A stretch of DNA of 64,000 nucleotides, taken from an uncultured delta proteobacterium. GTDB taxonomy: Bacteria > Desulfobacterota > Desulfobacteria > Desulfobacterales > Desulfatirhabdiaceae. The stretch lies in contig CAWBKP010000020.1 of the NCBI GenBank assembly GCA_963789395.1, positions 128,001 to 192,000 on the forward strand, given 5' to 3'. The notes beneath the pieces were generated by a model. The model was given only the letters and a program-made list of their open reading frames with translations, was not told where the DNA came from and made no database searches. The position numbers were made by a program, and so were the translations under genes. Below, piece after piece: positions 19,975 through 31,335 of this stretch; positions within the stretch are counted from its first letter, which is position 1, and each line of letters opens with the position of its first letter.

Positions 19975-22389
19975 ATGAAAATAAGCTTAAACTGGCTAAA
20001 ATCATATGTTCCGATACAACTGGACGTCGCGGTTCTTGCCGAGGCGCTGACTATGACGGGTCTTGAGGTAGAGGCTGTTTACGATCGCTACGATTATTTA
20101 AAAACAGTCGTCGTCGGCCGCGTTGTCAGCATCATGGCCCATCCGAAATCCGAAAAGCTTTGCTGCTGTATCGTGGATTCCGGAACAGCGCGGATACCCG
20201 TTGTCTGCGGAGCGCCAAATGTTCATCTCAACTGTCTGTCTGCGTTGGCGCTTCCCGGAACACAGCTGCCCGACGGCACGATCATCGAAGCCGGGGTGAT
20301 TCGCGGGGCCGATTCGGAAGGCATGTTGTGCAGTGAGGCGGAGCTCGGGCTCGGGCCGGATCGCAGCGGGATCATGCTTTTGGATCCCGCCTTGACAGTC
20401 GGTGATTCTCTGGCTTCAGCGCTTGATCTTTCAGATACCGTACTGGAAATCGGATTGACGCCCAATCGCTCCGATTGCCTCAGCCTGATCGGGATCGCCA
20501 GAGAAGTGGCCGCGATTCAGAAAACCGCCCTGTCGTATGCCGGAAATCAGACTTCCCGAAGGAAAAGGTCAGATCCGTGACAGATGACATCGGTTTCGAT
20601 TCTTGCGCCCGACCATTGTCCCCGGTATGCGGCCAGAATACTGACAGGGGCAACAGTCCGTCCTTCGCCGCACTGGCTTTGCGACCGGCTGATATCCGTC
20701 GGCATCAGACCCATCAACAACGTGGTGGATATTACCAATTTTGTGATGATGGAAACCGGCCAGCCGCTTCATGCCTTTGATTTTGATCGTCTTGCCGGGC
20801 ATCGCATCGTGGTTCGCACCGCTGTTGCCGGAGAGCAGTTCACAACGCTGGATCATAAATCGCGAACCCTGAGCGCCGATATGCTCATGATCTGCGATGG
20901 GGAAAAGCCGGTTGCCATTGCAGGGGTCATGGGCGGCTGCAATTCTGAAATCGAATCGACGACGCAATCGATTCTGATTGAAAGCGCCTGTTTTGATCCA
21001 TCCAGTATCCGGAAAACATCCAAATACTTTGGACTGAATACGGATGCCTCCCATCGGTTTGAACGCGGTGTGGATCCTGAAGGGACGGTTTTTGCATTGG
21101 ATCGGGCTGCGGCGCTGATGGCCGATATCTGCGGCGGTATTTTGATTGAAGGGGTCGTTGACGAGCGTCCGGCCGTTCGCGAGCAACTGTCGCTTGTTCT
21201 CAGCACCGAAGCCACCAATCGGCTTCTGGGAACACGGATCGATTCCGCGGTCATGGACAGTATGCTGCAATCCATCGGTTTTTTGGTTGAACCGCTGAAC
21301 CCGGATCAGAGAAAGGTGATTCCGCCGTCTTTTCGCGTGGATGTTTCCCGGCCGGTGGATCTTATGGAAGAAATTGCCCGGCTTTCCGGTTATGATCGCA
21401 TCCCTACGACGTTTCCCGTTATCTCGGAAGGATCGGCCGGTGCCTTGCCGTCTCAGCGTCACAGGGAACAGATCCTGCGCCTGATGACCGGTTTGGGTTT
21501 TTCAGAAACCATCACCTACAGCTTCGTTCACCCGCAGTCCTGTCAATACCTCAGAATTGCATCCGGTGATCCCAGGGCGCGCGCGCTTCGTGTCCTGAAC
21601 CCGCTGAGCGAAGACCAGGGGATCATGCGTACTTCGCTGATCCCGGGCATGCTGGAGACCGTGTACCGGAATATTTCCCGACAGTCCCGAAACCTGAAGC
21701 TTTTTGAAATCGGCAATGTATTTGTCAGTAACGGCCAGGACGCCCTTCCGGATGAAATTGAAATGCTTTCCGGCTTGTGGACAGGTGCGCGTCAGGAGGT
21801 ATCGTGGCATATGCCGGATACGGCATGTGATTTCTATGACCTCAAAGGGGTGCTCGAAGCGTTCCTGGAAGCGCTTCATATTGACGGGGTGCAATTTTCC
21901 CGGAATGCGGCCCTGTCCTGTCCCTATCTGAAACCCGGCCATGCGGCCGGTATTCAGTGCGGCCGGCAGTTGGTGGGATATATCGGCCAGGTGCATCCGG
22001 AAACGCAAAGTTATTTCAATATCAAACAGCCGGTCTATGTCTTTGAAGTCGATATTCGAAAGCTTTTTGCCGGTGTTCCCGATGCCCTGCAGACAGCGCC
22101 GATTCCCAGGTTTCCGGCAGTTGCCAGGGACATAACGCTGATTCTTTCAAAAGCCATTGAATCCAGCAGGATCGTGGAAATGGTTCAGGAAATGCATGAC
22201 CCGCTGGTTGAGCGAATCATGCTCTTTGATGTGTTTGAGGGAGGACATCTTCCGCCGGACAAAAAAAGCCTTTCTTTCCGGATGACCTACCGTTCCGCGG
22301 TTGGAACGCTGGAGGATGAGGCTATAAATGTACTTCATAAAAGCATTTCAGATAAACTGATTCAGGAATTTAATGCATCGCTGCCTTAG
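19975..22389 (+). CDS. pheT: Phenylalanine-tRNA ligase beta subunit, interrupted by apparent compensating indels at about 20540-20580
   Basis: VVCGAPNV, TPNRSDCLS, RPINNVVDITN, ASHRFERG, DLMEEIARL; the shifted frame PEIRLPEGKGQIR bridges the break. Confidence 0.95.
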
Positions 22390-22464
22390 TGAGCAGACAG
22401 CCAGGGAATTTTCAGATATCGATCAATGCTCACTTTGGGTCAGGAATGTTCGTGGGGAGTCACT

Positions 22465-22788
22465 ATGCCTGATCAAAAGTTTCTGCCGGACAAACTGTAT
22501 TTCAAGATCGGCGAGGTAAGCCGGATTGCCGGGCTGCCATCGCATGTCATTCGATTCTGGGAAAATGAGTTCTCGAAAATCAGACCCCATCGAACCCCGT
22601 CCGGCCAGCGTCTGTACACCCAGCGAAATATTGAGACCATTCTTGAAATCAAGCACCTGCTTTATGAGCAAAAATATACCATTGAAGGCGCCAGGCAGTT
22701 CATGAAATCCAGTAAATCCGGGGTGACGCCGGCTGTTCTGTCCGAGATACGGCTGGAGCTTGAACGCATCAAAGCCATGTTGTCCTGA
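22465..22788 (+). CDS. MerR-family transcriptional regulator
   Basis: PDKLYFKIGEVS..HVIRFWENEF..LLYEQKYTIEGAR, the family usually found after pheT-ihfA. Confidence 0.9.
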   Translation: MPDQKFLPDKLYFKIGEVSRIAGLPSHVIRFWENEFSKIRPHRTPSGQRLYTQRNIETILEIKHLLYEQKYTIEGARQFMKSSKSGVTPAVLSEIRLELERIKAMLS

Positions 22789-22901
22789 AATGATGGACCG
22801 CACACCTGTCGGTTTTTTTGTCATCTGATACAGGTGCATGGAATCCGCTTTGCTCCCCGGGATCCCTATCCCCGATAGTGCTTCTGAATTTACGAAAAAT
22901 A

Positions 22902-22930
22902 TTGACAATCTTGCAATTTTAACGTACTTT
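22902..22930 (+). promoter_or_regulatory. Sigma70 promoter for tRNA-Gly and the rimP operon
   Basis: TTGACA-N17-TACTTT, 14 nt before the tRNA. Confidence 0.7.
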
Positions 22931-22944
22931 GCCAATGTTAATTA

Positions 22945-23020
22945 GCGGGCATAGCTCAGCTGGTAGAGTACAAGCTTCCCAAGCTTGGTGTCGCGAGTTC
23001 GAATCTCGTTGCCCGCTCCA
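22945..23020 (+). tRNA. tRNA-Gly (anticodon CCC)
   Basis: GCGGGCA/TGCCCGC acceptor stem, anticodon arm CAAGC-TTCCCAA-GCTTG, GTTCGAATC T-loop, encoded CCA, 76 nt. Confidence 0.97.
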
Positions 23021-23162
23021 TAGTGAGTCCGTTTTTTCATTTAATGACTAAATGAAATGCAGCGTTTTCATCAATAGTGGTGGGGTTAAAGCGTGTAATT
23101 TTTTTCGGTTTATTACATCAGATATGTTTTTTTGATCTCACCGCAGTACATCAAATGAGAGG

Positions 23163-23192
23163 AAACGGGCAACAGCCCGTTTTTTTATTTTT
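23163..23192 (+). terminator. Terminator/attenuator-like hairpin upstream of rimP
   Basis: AAACGGGC-aaca-GCCCGTTT followed by a T-rich run. Confidence 0.65.
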
Positions 23193-23193
23193 A

Positions 23194-23745
23194 ATGACTG
23201 AGCGATTTAACCGAATAAAGCCATTGCGGAAAAAGGGAAATAAAACTGAAAGCCCGTTGCCGAAGGTTTCTCGCTTAACACGGGACGAAATCATTGCAAA
23301 GGCCAATGAACTGGCCGGCCCGTTGTGCACCGACGAAGGAAAAGAGCTGGTTTATATAGAATACCAGCGTGAACCTCACGGGATGGTTCTGCGCATTTAT
23401 ATCGATAAACCCGGCGGGGTGACCTTGCAGGATTGCACGCATGTCAGCCGTCAGCTGCAGGATCTTCTGGATGTTCATCTGGATATGAGTGATAATTACT
23501 ACCTTGAGGTCTCATCTCCAGGGGCTAATCGCCCATTGGGAAAGCTGGCGGATTTTGACAGGTTTAAAGGATGCCAGGCCAAGATCAAGATCGTTCGCCC
23601 GATCGATGGTCAAAAAAACTTTACCGGTATTCTGTCCGGCATTTTGCAGGAAGCAGTTGTGATTCAGCTTGGCGACCGAATCGTTGAGATACCTTACCAG
23701 GACATTTCCCGGGCAAGGCTGGTCAATTATAATGGAGACATCTGA
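23194..23745 (+). CDS. rimP: Ribosome maturation factor RimP (start uncertain)
   Basis: LRIYIDKPGGVTLQDC, YYLEVSSPG.NRPL. Confidence 0.93.
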   Translation: MTERFNRIKPLRKKGNKTESPLPKVSRLTRDEIIAKANELAGPLCTDEGKELVYIEYQREPHGMVLRIYIDKPGGVTLQDCTHVSRQLQDLLDVHLDMSDNYYLEVSSPGANRPLGKLADFDRFKGCQAKIKIVRPIDGQKNFTGILSGILQEAVVIQLGDRIVEIPYQDISRARLVNYNGDI

Positions 23746-25070
23746 TGCTCATTACAGACATTAAGCGCGTGGTTGAACAAATAAGTCGAGACAAGGGGAT
23801 TGAAAGGAATATCCTGATTGAAGCCCTTGAGGAAGCACTGAAATCCGCAGCCCGTAAAAAATTTGGAAATAAGATTGATATCGAAACCCAATACAATGGC
23901 AAAACCGGTGAAATCGAAGTCTTTCAGTTCAAAGAAGTCGCGGATGTCATAACGGATCCGGACACGCAGATGAGCCTGGTGGAAGGGCGGAAGCTGGACC
24001 CTGAATGTGAAATCGGCGACAGTCTGGGCATGAAAATGGACACGGCGGTGTTTGGTCGTATTGCAGCCCAGTCCGCCAAACAGGTCATTATTCAAAAAAT
24101 GAAGGATGCGGAAAGAGAGGCGGTGTATTCCAGTTTTGTGGACAGAAAAGGGGATATCATCAACGGGATCGTTCAACGGATCGAGCATGGCAATATCATT
24201 GTCAATCTGGGACAGACCGAAGCGGTTCTGCCTGCGGACCAGCAGATTCCCAAGGAATCCTATCGCCGGGGAGACAGGCTCCGCGCCTATATTCAGGATG
24301 TGAAAGAAGAATCCAGAGGGCCTCAGGTCATTCTGTCGCGGACCCATCCCAATTTCTTGATCAATCTGTTCAAGACGGAAGTTCCGGAAATCAGCGAAGG
24401 CATAGTGGTGATCAAGGGCGCGGCCCGGGAGCCGGGTGTCCGGGCGAAATTTTCCGTTGTTTCCAATGATTCGGACATCGATCCCGTGGGCGCCTGTGTG
24501 GGTGTCAAGGGCAGTCGCGTTCAGAGTGTGGTTCAGGAACTCAGGGGAGAAAAAATCGATATTATTCCCTGGCACATGGATGCGGCAAAATATGTATGCA
24601 ATGCGTTGGCGCCCGCTGAAATCCTGCGGGTCATCATTGATGAGACCAAACATGCAATGGAAGTGATTGTCCCGGATGAATTCCTGTCCATTGCCATCGG
24701 CAAGCGCGGCCAGAATGTGCGACTGGCATCCAAGCTGACCGGATGGCAGCTGGACGTAAAAAGCGAAAAACAATACACCGACACCATGAAGGAAAATTAC
24801 GACGTCCTTGCAGCCCTTCCCGGGATGAGCCCTTCTCTTGCCGATATTTTGTGTGAAAAAGGCTTTTACTCGATCGAAGAGCTCAGCCATGCTTCAGTGG
24901 AAGATATCGCGGACATTGAAGCGCTGGATGAAGAAATGGCATTGAATCTGATAAGTGCCGCAAGACAGGCATTTTCAGGTTCTCAGAAAAAACGAAGATC
25001 CGGGGACAAGACGGCTTCAGCCGGCAAAGCTGTGGATATTGAGACAGCGGATACGGATGAGAGTCATTAA
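23745..25070 (+). CDS. nusA: Transcription termination factor NusA
   Basis: [48 protein letters not shown]. Confidence 0.98.
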   Translation: MLITDIKRVVEQISRDKGIERNILIEALEEALKSAARKKFGNKIDIETQYNGKTGEIEVFQFKEVADVITDPDTQMSLVEGRKLDPECEIGDSLGMKMDTAVFGRIAAQSAKQVIIQKMKDAEREAVYSSFVDRKGDIINGIVQRIEHGNIIVNLGQTEAVLPADQQIPKESYRRGDRLRAYIQDVKEESRGPQVILSRTHPNFLINLFKTEVPEISEGIVVIKGAAREPGVRAKFSVVSNDSDIDPVGACVGVKGSRVQSVVQELRGEKIDIIPWHMDAAKYVCNALAPAEILRVIIDETKHAMEVIVPDEFLSIAIGKRGQNVRLASKLTGWQLDVKSEKQYTDTMKENYDVLAALPGMSPSLADILCEKGFYSIEELSHASVEDIADIEALDEEMALNLISAARQAFSGSQKKRRSGDKTASAGKAVDIETADTDESH

Positions 25071-25191
25071 GCGGAGCGGCCCATGTCTTGCTCACGATTC
25101 AAAACAGTAACGGGCTTTTTGCAAGTTCAGAAAGCTAAAGGGTTCTGGGCAGTTATCAAAGCTGGTACATCAGAAAAATTAAGGGGGGTAA

Positions 25192-28092
25192 ATGGCAAAA
25201 ATCAGAGTATTTGAACTTGCCAGGGATCTTAACATGACCAATAAAGTACTGCTTGAAAGAATGCGGGATCTGGATATTTCCGTAGTCAGCCATTTAAGCT
25301 CTCTGGAAGATGAAGACGTTGCCAAAATCAAGGAAAATGTCGGTGGCGGAAAGCAAAAAAAAGCCGAAGCTGTAAAAGTAAAACCGACCATTATTCGGCG
25401 GCGCAGGGAACCTGTTGCCCAGGAAGCCGTTTCCGATGAAAAACCGCCCATACCGCAACCCCCCCCGGAAGAACCTGACGTTTCTCCTGAAATGGCGGCA
25501 GAACCGGGTGCGATGGCATCCGAAGCTCCGCTTGTCGCCGAGACCCGCCTAAAGAAAAAAAAGCCCGTTCCGGACAGCCATAAAAAGGCTGATTTGGCCG
25601 GAGCCGAGGCGCCGGATGTGTCTGAACCCGAAATGCCTGTTTCCGCAAAGCCTGTCACTAAAGAAGCGCCGGCAGTGATCATTTCTCCGGCAGTAAAGGA
25701 ACCGAAAGCGGCGCCGGCTCCTTCCGATCTTGTGGAAACAGCGGAAGCGGAAGATAAGACGGTGCTTGCCGAAACCGAAGCAACGGAAGCGCCCGACGAG
25801 GGGGCGATTTCTGTTCCGGAAATGCCTTCGGTGGAACCACCTTCCGAAATGCCGCCGGATGAACCTGCCGCGCTTACGCTGGAAGGCCGAGTGGAAAGGG
25901 CCGGAAAAAAGAAAAAGAAACTCAAAAAGGATATGCCGGCCAAAATCATCAAGCTGGCTCCGCCTGTTCCTGAGACCCAGGTTCCAGCGGCACAGGCACC
26001 GGAATCCGCCGGGCTTCCGGAAAGAGACCTTGCCAGAAGGCCGAAATTCAAATCGGATAAATTCCCCCAGGTTGTTCCCGAAGTGCTTCCCGATGCTGAA
26101 AAACCCAAGGAAGCCCTTGTCAAGGATAAGAAGAAGAAGAAGGCCGGCAAGGAAGTCGAGGAAGAAGTTGTTGATAAAAAACTGATTAAAAAGAAGGTTC
26201 CCTTTCGGAAAAAAGAAATCGTTGAAGGGGTCGATCTGTATTCGGACACGCTGCGCGGCCGCAAAGCCGGCCGAAAAGGCGGCAAGGGCAAACAGCTGCC
26301 GGTTCTGCAGAAACCCCAATTGACAACGCCCAAGGCGATCAAACGACGGATCAAAGTGGATGACACCATCGCGCTTTCCGAACTTGCCAAACGCATGGGG
26401 ATTAAAGCCAGCGAAATTATCGTGAAGCTGATGGGCATGGGGGTGATGGCGACCCTGAATCAGGTCATTGATTTTGACACCGCGGTTCTGGTTGCAACGG
26501 AGTTCAACTTCGAGCTTGAAAGAGCCGCTTTTGAGGAAGATACCTTATTGAAGATCGAAAAGGAAGACCCGGAAAAACGAATTGGAAGACCCCCGGTGGT
26601 GACCATCATGGGGCACGTGGATCATGGCAAGACATCGCTTCTGGATGTGATTCGAAAAACCCGTGTCACGGAAGGGGAGGCCGGCGGCATCACGCAGCAT
26701 ATCGGCGCATACCACGTTGCCACGGACCGGGGACAGATCGTTTTTCTGGATACGCCCGGACATGAAGCGTTTACAGCCATGCGGTCCCGCGGAGCCGGCA
26801 TCACCGATCTGGTTGTTCTCGTGGTTGCCGCAGATGATGGTGTCATGCCCCAGACGCTTGAGGCCATCAACCATTCCCGGGTCGCCAATGTGCCCATCAT
26901 CGTCGCCATCAACAAGATCGACAAACCTGGCGCCGATACCGACCGGGTTCAGCGTGAACTGGCTGATGCCGGTCTGGTTTCAGAAGATTGGGGCGGGGAC
27001 ACTATTTTCGTCAAGGTTTCCGCTAAAACCAACATTGGAATCGACACCCTGCTGGAGATGATTCTGCTGCAGGCGGAAGTCATGGAGCTGAAAGCGGACC
27101 CGGACAGACCTGCTTTCGGTCACGTTGTCGAAGCCAAGCTGGATATCGGACGGGGTCCGGTGGCTACCGTGCTGGTGCAGCAGGGAACGCTGCGGGCAGG
27201 AGATGCCGTTGTCTGCGGGGTTCACTACGGCAAGGTTCGGGCGCTTCTGAACGATTGCGGGGTTCAGGTGGAATCGGCAGGGCCCTCCATACCGGTAGAA
27301 GTCATCGGTCTTTCGGGCGTGCCCATGGCCGGCGATGAACTGGTCGCCCTGGCAGATGAAAAAGACGCCAGGCAGGTCAGTCTTCACCGGGTTCAGAAAC
27401 AGCGCTCAAAGGATTTGACCAAGACCACCCGGCTGAGTCTGGATAAGCTATTCGAGCAGATGAAGGATGGCCTTGTCAAGGACCTGAATATCATCATCAA
27501 GGCGGATGTTCACGGATCCATCGAAGCGCTGGGAGATTCTCTGGTGAAACTCTCCAACGAAGAAGTCAATATCAACGTTATCCATGCTGCTACCGGCGCC
27601 ATCACCGAATCCGATGTGTCACTGGCCACGGTATCGGATGCCATTATCATCGGCTTTAATGTCAGACCCAGTGCCAAGGTTCAGAACATGGCCGCCGAAG
27701 AGCATGTTGACATGCGGTTTTATAACATCATTTACAATGTCATCAAGGACGTGAAAGACGCCATTGTCGGCATGATGAAGTCAACGTTTCAGGAACGGGT
27801 TCTGGGCCGGGCCGAGGTGCGCGAAATATTCCATGTGCCCAAGGTTGGAACCATTGCAGGTTGCTCGGTGACGGATGGGAAAATCCAGCGCGGCAAGCTG
27901 ATCCGGCTCCTCAGAGACGGCATCGTGACGTTTGAAGGCAAAATAGGCAGCCTCAGACGCTATAAGGACGATGTCAAGGAAGTGGTCAGCGGTTACGAAT
28001 GTGGCATCGGCATCGAAAACTATAATGATATCAAGCTGGGGGATATCATTGAATGCTATTACATGGAAGAATTCAAACCCGAAGTTGAATAA
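25192..28092 (+). CDS. infB: Translation initiation factor IF-2
   Basis: [30 protein letters not shown]. Confidence 0.98.
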   Translation: MAKIRVFELARDLNMTNKVLLERMRDLDISVVSHLSSLEDEDVAKIKENVGGGKQKKAEAVKVKPTIIRRRREPVAQEAVSDEKPPIPQPPPEEPDVSPEMAAEPGAMASEAPLVAETRLKKKKPVPDSHKKADLAGAEAPDVSEPEMPVSAKPVTKEAPAVIISPAVKEPKAAPAPSDLVETAEAEDKTVLAETEATEAPDEGAISVPEMPSVEPPSEMPPDEPAALTLEGRVERAGKKKKKLKKDMPAKIIKLAPPVPETQVPAAQAPESAGLPERDLARRPKFKSDKFPQVVPEVLPDAEKPKEALVKDKKKKKAGKEVEEEVVDKKLIKKKVPFRKKEIVEGVDLYSDTLRGRKAGRKGGKGKQLPVLQKPQLTTPKAIKRRIKVDDTIALSELAKRMGIKASEIIVKLMGMGVMATLNQVIDFDTAVLVATEFNFELERAAFEEDTLLKIEKEDPEKRIGRPPVVTIMGHVDHGKTSLLDVIRKTRVTEGEAGGITQHIGAYHVATDRGQIVFLDTPGHEAFTAMRSRGAGITDLVVLVVAADDGVMPQTLEAINHSRVANVPIIVAINKIDKPGADTDRVQRELADAGLVSEDWGGDTIFVKVSAKTNIGIDTLLEMILLQAEVMELKADPDRPAFGHVVEAKLDIGRGPVATVLVQQGTLRAGDAVVCGVHYGKVRALLNDCGVQVESAGPSIPVEVIGLSGVPMAGDELVALADEKDARQVSLHRVQKQRSKDLTKTTRLSLDKLFEQMKDGLVKDLNIIIKADVHGSIEALGDSLVKLSNEEVNINVIHAATGAITESDVSLATVSDAIIIGFNVRPSAKVQNMAAEEHVDMRFYNIIYNVIKDVKDAIVGMMKSTFQERVLGRAEVREIFHVPKVGTIAGCSVTDGKIQRGKLIRLLRDGIVTFEGKIGSLRRYKDDVKEVVSGYECGIGIENYNDIKLGDIIECYYMEEFKPEVE

Positions 28093-28101
28093 GCCGCTGT
28101 T

Positions 28102-28389
28102 ATGGTTGTCGGATACGGAATCATTACGTTCAGACTGCACGATTGCCGGTCCCTTAAGGAAAAAAGATCGGTCGTCAAGACGGTTGTCCACCAGATTCAG
28201 AATCATTTCAACGTTTCCGTTGCGGAAGTCGGCGCCAATGATATCCACCAGATGGCCGAGATCGGGTTTGCCCTGGTGGGAAACAGCGGCCCGCTGGTGA
28301 ACTCCAAAATGGACAAAATATTAAATCTTGCCCATGAACTGCGAGTTGCGCAAGTCATAAACAGCGAAATGGAAATGATGCGGTTATGA
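28102..28389 (+). CDS. DUF503 (YlxP-like) protein
   Basis: SLKEKRSVVK, FNVSVAEV; conserved position between infB and rbfA. Confidence 0.9.
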   Translation: MVVGYGIITFRLHDCRSLKEKRSVVKTVVHQIQNHFNVSVAEVGANDIHQMAEIGFALVGNSGPLVNSKMDKILNLAHELRVAQVINSEMEMMRL

Positions 28390-28760
28390 AATCTTATTCA
28401 CGAGCGGACAGAGTAAGCGGGGAAATCCAGAGGATTATTTCGGATATTCTTCGAAAGGATATCAGCGATCCCCGGTTGAAGCGGGTTGCCATCTCCGGGG
28501 TAAAAATGTCCAAAGACCTGCGAAACGCCAGAATCTACTTTACCCTGAGTGCGGGCAAATACACCCGCGAAGATGCGGCCGAAGCATTTGACAGTGCCAT
28601 GGGATATATCAAGCGCACGCTGGCCGGCCAGTTGGGCCTCAGATATATGCCCGGCATCCGGTTTTTTTATGATGAATCCTTTGATTACGGTTCGCATATT
28701 GACAAAGTTTTAAAATCAATCGATACAGAAGATGGATCATCTCATACACCGCTTGAATAA
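28386..28760 (+). CDS. rbfA: Ribosome-binding factor A
   Basis: RADRV, DPRL, SKDLRNARIY, LRYMP.IRFFYD. Confidence 0.96.
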   Translation: MKSYSRADRVSGEIQRIISDILRKDISDPRLKRVAISGVKMSKDLRNARIYFTLSAGKYTREDAAEAFDSAMGYIKRTLAGQLGLRYMPGIRFFYDESFDYGSHIDKVLKSIDTEDGSSHTPLE

Positions 28761-29706
28761 CAGCAGGAATGTGCTGATTACCACCCATGCCAGCCCCGAC
28801 GGAGACGCCATCGCCTCGCTGCTTGCCATGAATCTGGCGCTTCAGGGGAAAGACAAGCGGATTACGCTCTATAACGAAAGCCCGATTCCGGCCGTGTATC
28901 GCTTTTTGCCGCGGGTTCACAGCGTAACCAGCCGGTTGCATTCCCCGGCGCCGTTTGACACGGCCGTGGTTCTGGACTGCGGCGATTTACAGCGGGTCGG
29001 CGAAGCGGCCGGAATCATCGGTCAGATACCTGAAATCATCAACATCGATCATCATATTACCAATACCCGGTTTGGGACCTGCCAGCTGATCGATGTCCAG
29101 GCATGTGCCTGTACGGAAATTCTCCATCAGTTGTTTGAACGGATGAACGTTCCGTTTACACAGGAATTGGCCACCTGTATCTACACGGGAATTTTAACCG
29201 ATACCGGCTCATTCCGATTCTCCAATACCAACCGGACCACCTTTCAAATCTGCGAAAACATGGTTGCCTGCGGAGTGGATCCATTTCAGGTCGCACAGCA
29301 TGTCTATGGTACCTATTCTCTGGGAAGGATCAAGCTCTTGAACCTTGCTCTGGATTCCATTGAAATATCTGAAAACGGAAAGGTCTCCCTGATGGCCTTG
29401 ACGCAGGCGATGCTGAATGAAACCGGCACGCAGCCCGAGGATACGGATGGGATGATCAATTATGCCAGACGAATTCAGGATGTTAAAATTGCCGTGTTGA
29501 TTCAGGAACAGAAAAACGGCAGTGACCGCGCTTCGGGTTATCGGCGCCCGTATCACGTCAGCCTGCGATCCGACGGCAGCGTGGATGTTGCCGCCATTGC
29601 CGCTATGTTCGGCGGCGGCGGTCACCAGAGTGCCGCGGGCTTCAGCATTGAATCCACCCTGACGGAAATTAAAAACCGGATACTGCGGGTGACGGAGTCT
29701 GCCTAG
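28732..29706 (+). CDS. nrnA: DHH/DHHA1 phosphoesterase (NrnA-like nanoRNase/pAp phosphatase)
   Basis: HASPDGDAI, NIDHH, TDTGSF, VSLRS, FGGGGH. Confidence 0.88.
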   Translation: MDHLIHRLNNSRNVLITTHASPDGDAIASLLAMNLALQGKDKRITLYNESPIPAVYRFLPRVHSVTSRLHSPAPFDTAVVLDCGDLQRVGEAAGIIGQIPEIINIDHHITNTRFGTCQLIDVQACACTEILHQLFERMNVPFTQELATCIYTGILTDTGSFRFSNTNRTTFQICENMVACGVDPFQVAQHVYGTYSLGRIKLLNLALDSIEISENGKVSLMALTQAMLNETGTQPEDTDGMINYARRIQDVKIAVLIQEQKNGSDRASGYRRPYHVSLRSDGSVDVAAIAAMFGGGGHQSAAGFSIESTLTEIKNRILRVTESA

Positions 29707-29712
29707 TGGTGG

Positions 29713-30651
29713 TTGGCTGTGCAGGATAAAAACACATCCCTGAACGGGATACTGGTGATCGATAAACCGCCGGGGCTGTCTTCAGCCAGGGTGGTTTCCA
29801 TTGCCAAGCGACTGCTTCAGGTAAAAAAAATAGGCCATGCCGGCACACTCGACCCCTTTGCCACCGGCGTCTTGATTGTATGCGTCAACCAGGCGACCCG
29901 GTTGGCGCGCTTCTGGTTGAACAGTGCCAAGACGTATCAGGCCGAGCTCTGCCTGGGGATTGAAACAGACACGCAGGATCCCACGGGAGTTGTGGTTTCA
30001 ACCCGCGAAATCCGGGATATTTCCGAAGACACCCTGCGGGGTGTCATGTCGTCATTTGTGGGAACAACGAATCAGGCGCCGCCGGTATATTCGGCATTGA
30101 AACACCAGGGGGTTCCGCTGTATCGGCTTGCCCGAAAAGGGGTGCCGTTTCAAAAGCCTTCCCGACAGATCCGGATTTACAGGCTTGATATTCTGGAAAT
30201 TGCATTGCCTTTGGTCCGTTTTGAGGTGTGCTGCAGTGCAGGCACCTATGTCCGAACCCTCTGCGCGGATATCGGAAAAATTCTGGGGTGCGGCGGCCAT
30301 CTGAAGAATCTCAGGCGGACGGCCAGCAGCGGCTATGCAATCGCAGATGCTGTTTCTCTTTCCGAACTGGAGAATCTGGCCAAATCCGGCGAAGTTGCCC
30401 GGCATCTTATCGGCATGGCCGAAGCGCTGCCGGATATGGTTTCTTTTCAGGCGGATAAAGCTTTGACGGATAAGATCAAATATGGCATGATGATTACAGC
30501 AGCAGATGTTCCGCCGTCCTGTCTGTTACCCGGTGAAACCCTGGTAAAAATCATTGACGGAAACAACCGCCTGTTGTCCATACTCAGTTATGACCCGGTT
30601 CGTGACGGGTTTACCTATTGCTGTTCGTTTGCGACAGACTGTGAAGACTGA
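29713..30651 (+). CDS. truB: tRNA pseudouridine(55) synthase
   Basis: KIGHAGTLDPFATGVL, PPVYSALK, GTYVRTLCADIG. Confidence 0.97.
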   Translation: MAVQDKNTSLNGILVIDKPPGLSSARVVSIAKRLLQVKKIGHAGTLDPFATGVLIVCVNQATRLARFWLNSAKTYQAELCLGIETDTQDPTGVVVSTREIRDISEDTLRGVMSSFVGTTNQAPPVYSALKHQGVPLYRLARKGVPFQKPSRQIRIYRLDILEIALPLVRFEVCCSAGTYVRTLCADIGKILGCGGHLKNLRRTASSGYAIADAVSLSELENLAKSGEVARHLIGMAEALPDMVSFQADKALTDKIKYGMMITAADVPPSCLLPGETLVKIIDGNNRLLSILSYDPVRDGFTYCCSFATDCED

Positions 30652-30868
30652 AGGTCTTTTCATCACCTTTGGTTTTGACGGTCAAACTGGTTGGGACTTG
30701 GCCCGGGGTCACGCATTCATCAACCCTGGATTCGGCCTTAACCGGAAAAGCAGTAACATGGTGTAGCATTGCAGTGGCCAATAGTTCACGGCAAGTTGAG
30801 ATGAATGCCCGCACGGGTGAAGCGGAATTTACCCATTTCACTATTGAAATACAGGAGGATTACAGAAA

Positions 30869-31138
30869 GTGGTGTTTAAACCCGAAGACAAGAAAAAACT
30901 GATTGAACAGTATAAACTTCATGAGAGCGATACCGGGTCGCCGGAGGTCCAGGTCGGACTCATCACCCATCGCATTACCTATCTTACCGAACACCTGAAG
31001 GTGCACACCAAGGATCACCATTCCCGCAGAGGCTTGCTGATGCTTGTCGGCAAGCGCCGCAGGCTCTTGAATTATGTCAAAAACAAAGACGTTCAGCGGT
31101 ATCGGACCATTATTGAAACCCTGGGCTTAAGAAGGTAG
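30869..31138 (+). CDS. rpsO: 30S ribosomal protein S15
   Basis: [29 protein letters not shown]. Confidence 0.98.
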   Translation: MVFKPEDKKKLIEQYKLHESDTGSPEVQVGLITHRITYLTEHLKVHTKDHHSRRGLLMLVGKRRRLLNYVKNKDVQRYRTIIETLGLRR

Positions 31139-31281
31139 TCGGGAATTATCTGTCATGTCAGAAATGCCTGACCTCGTTAAACTCAAGGGTTTCATACAGA
31201 ACTTTGCCCGCTTGCCGGCTTAAGTTTTGTGGGGGTGAGACTCGGCCGTTCATGCGAATCATCAGCCGGCATGATCACAAT

Positions 31282-31315
31282 GCGGCGCAATCCCGTCAGG
31301 ACGGGATTGCGCCGC
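31282..31315 (+). promoter_or_regulatory. Perfect GC-rich hairpin in the pnp leader
   Basis: GCGGCGCAATCCCGT-cagg-ACGGGATTGCGCCGC just before the AAGGAGG RBS. Confidence 0.6.
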
Positions 31316-31335
31316 TCAACATAAGGAGGCAAAAT

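Noticed and set aside
20536..20586. In-frame TGA between the two pheT ORFs as selenocysteine or read-through
   Set aside because: The 13 codons before it read as PheT only in a shifted frame (PEIRLPEGKGQIR) and no conserved Cys is expected there; two compensating indels explain it
22945..23020. tRNA-Gly as an integration site for an island or prophage
   Set aside because: No integrase, no duplicated tRNA 3' end seen, and both flanks are core genes
25083..25214. Short ORF between nusA and infB as ylxR
   Set aside because: Too short and lacks the RxC and GRGAY motifs
25179..26438. Long antisense ORFs (also 23727..24890, 33456..34682, 8679..9818, 44746..45822)
   Set aside because: Shadows of well-supported genes on the opposite strand, with no recognisable motifs
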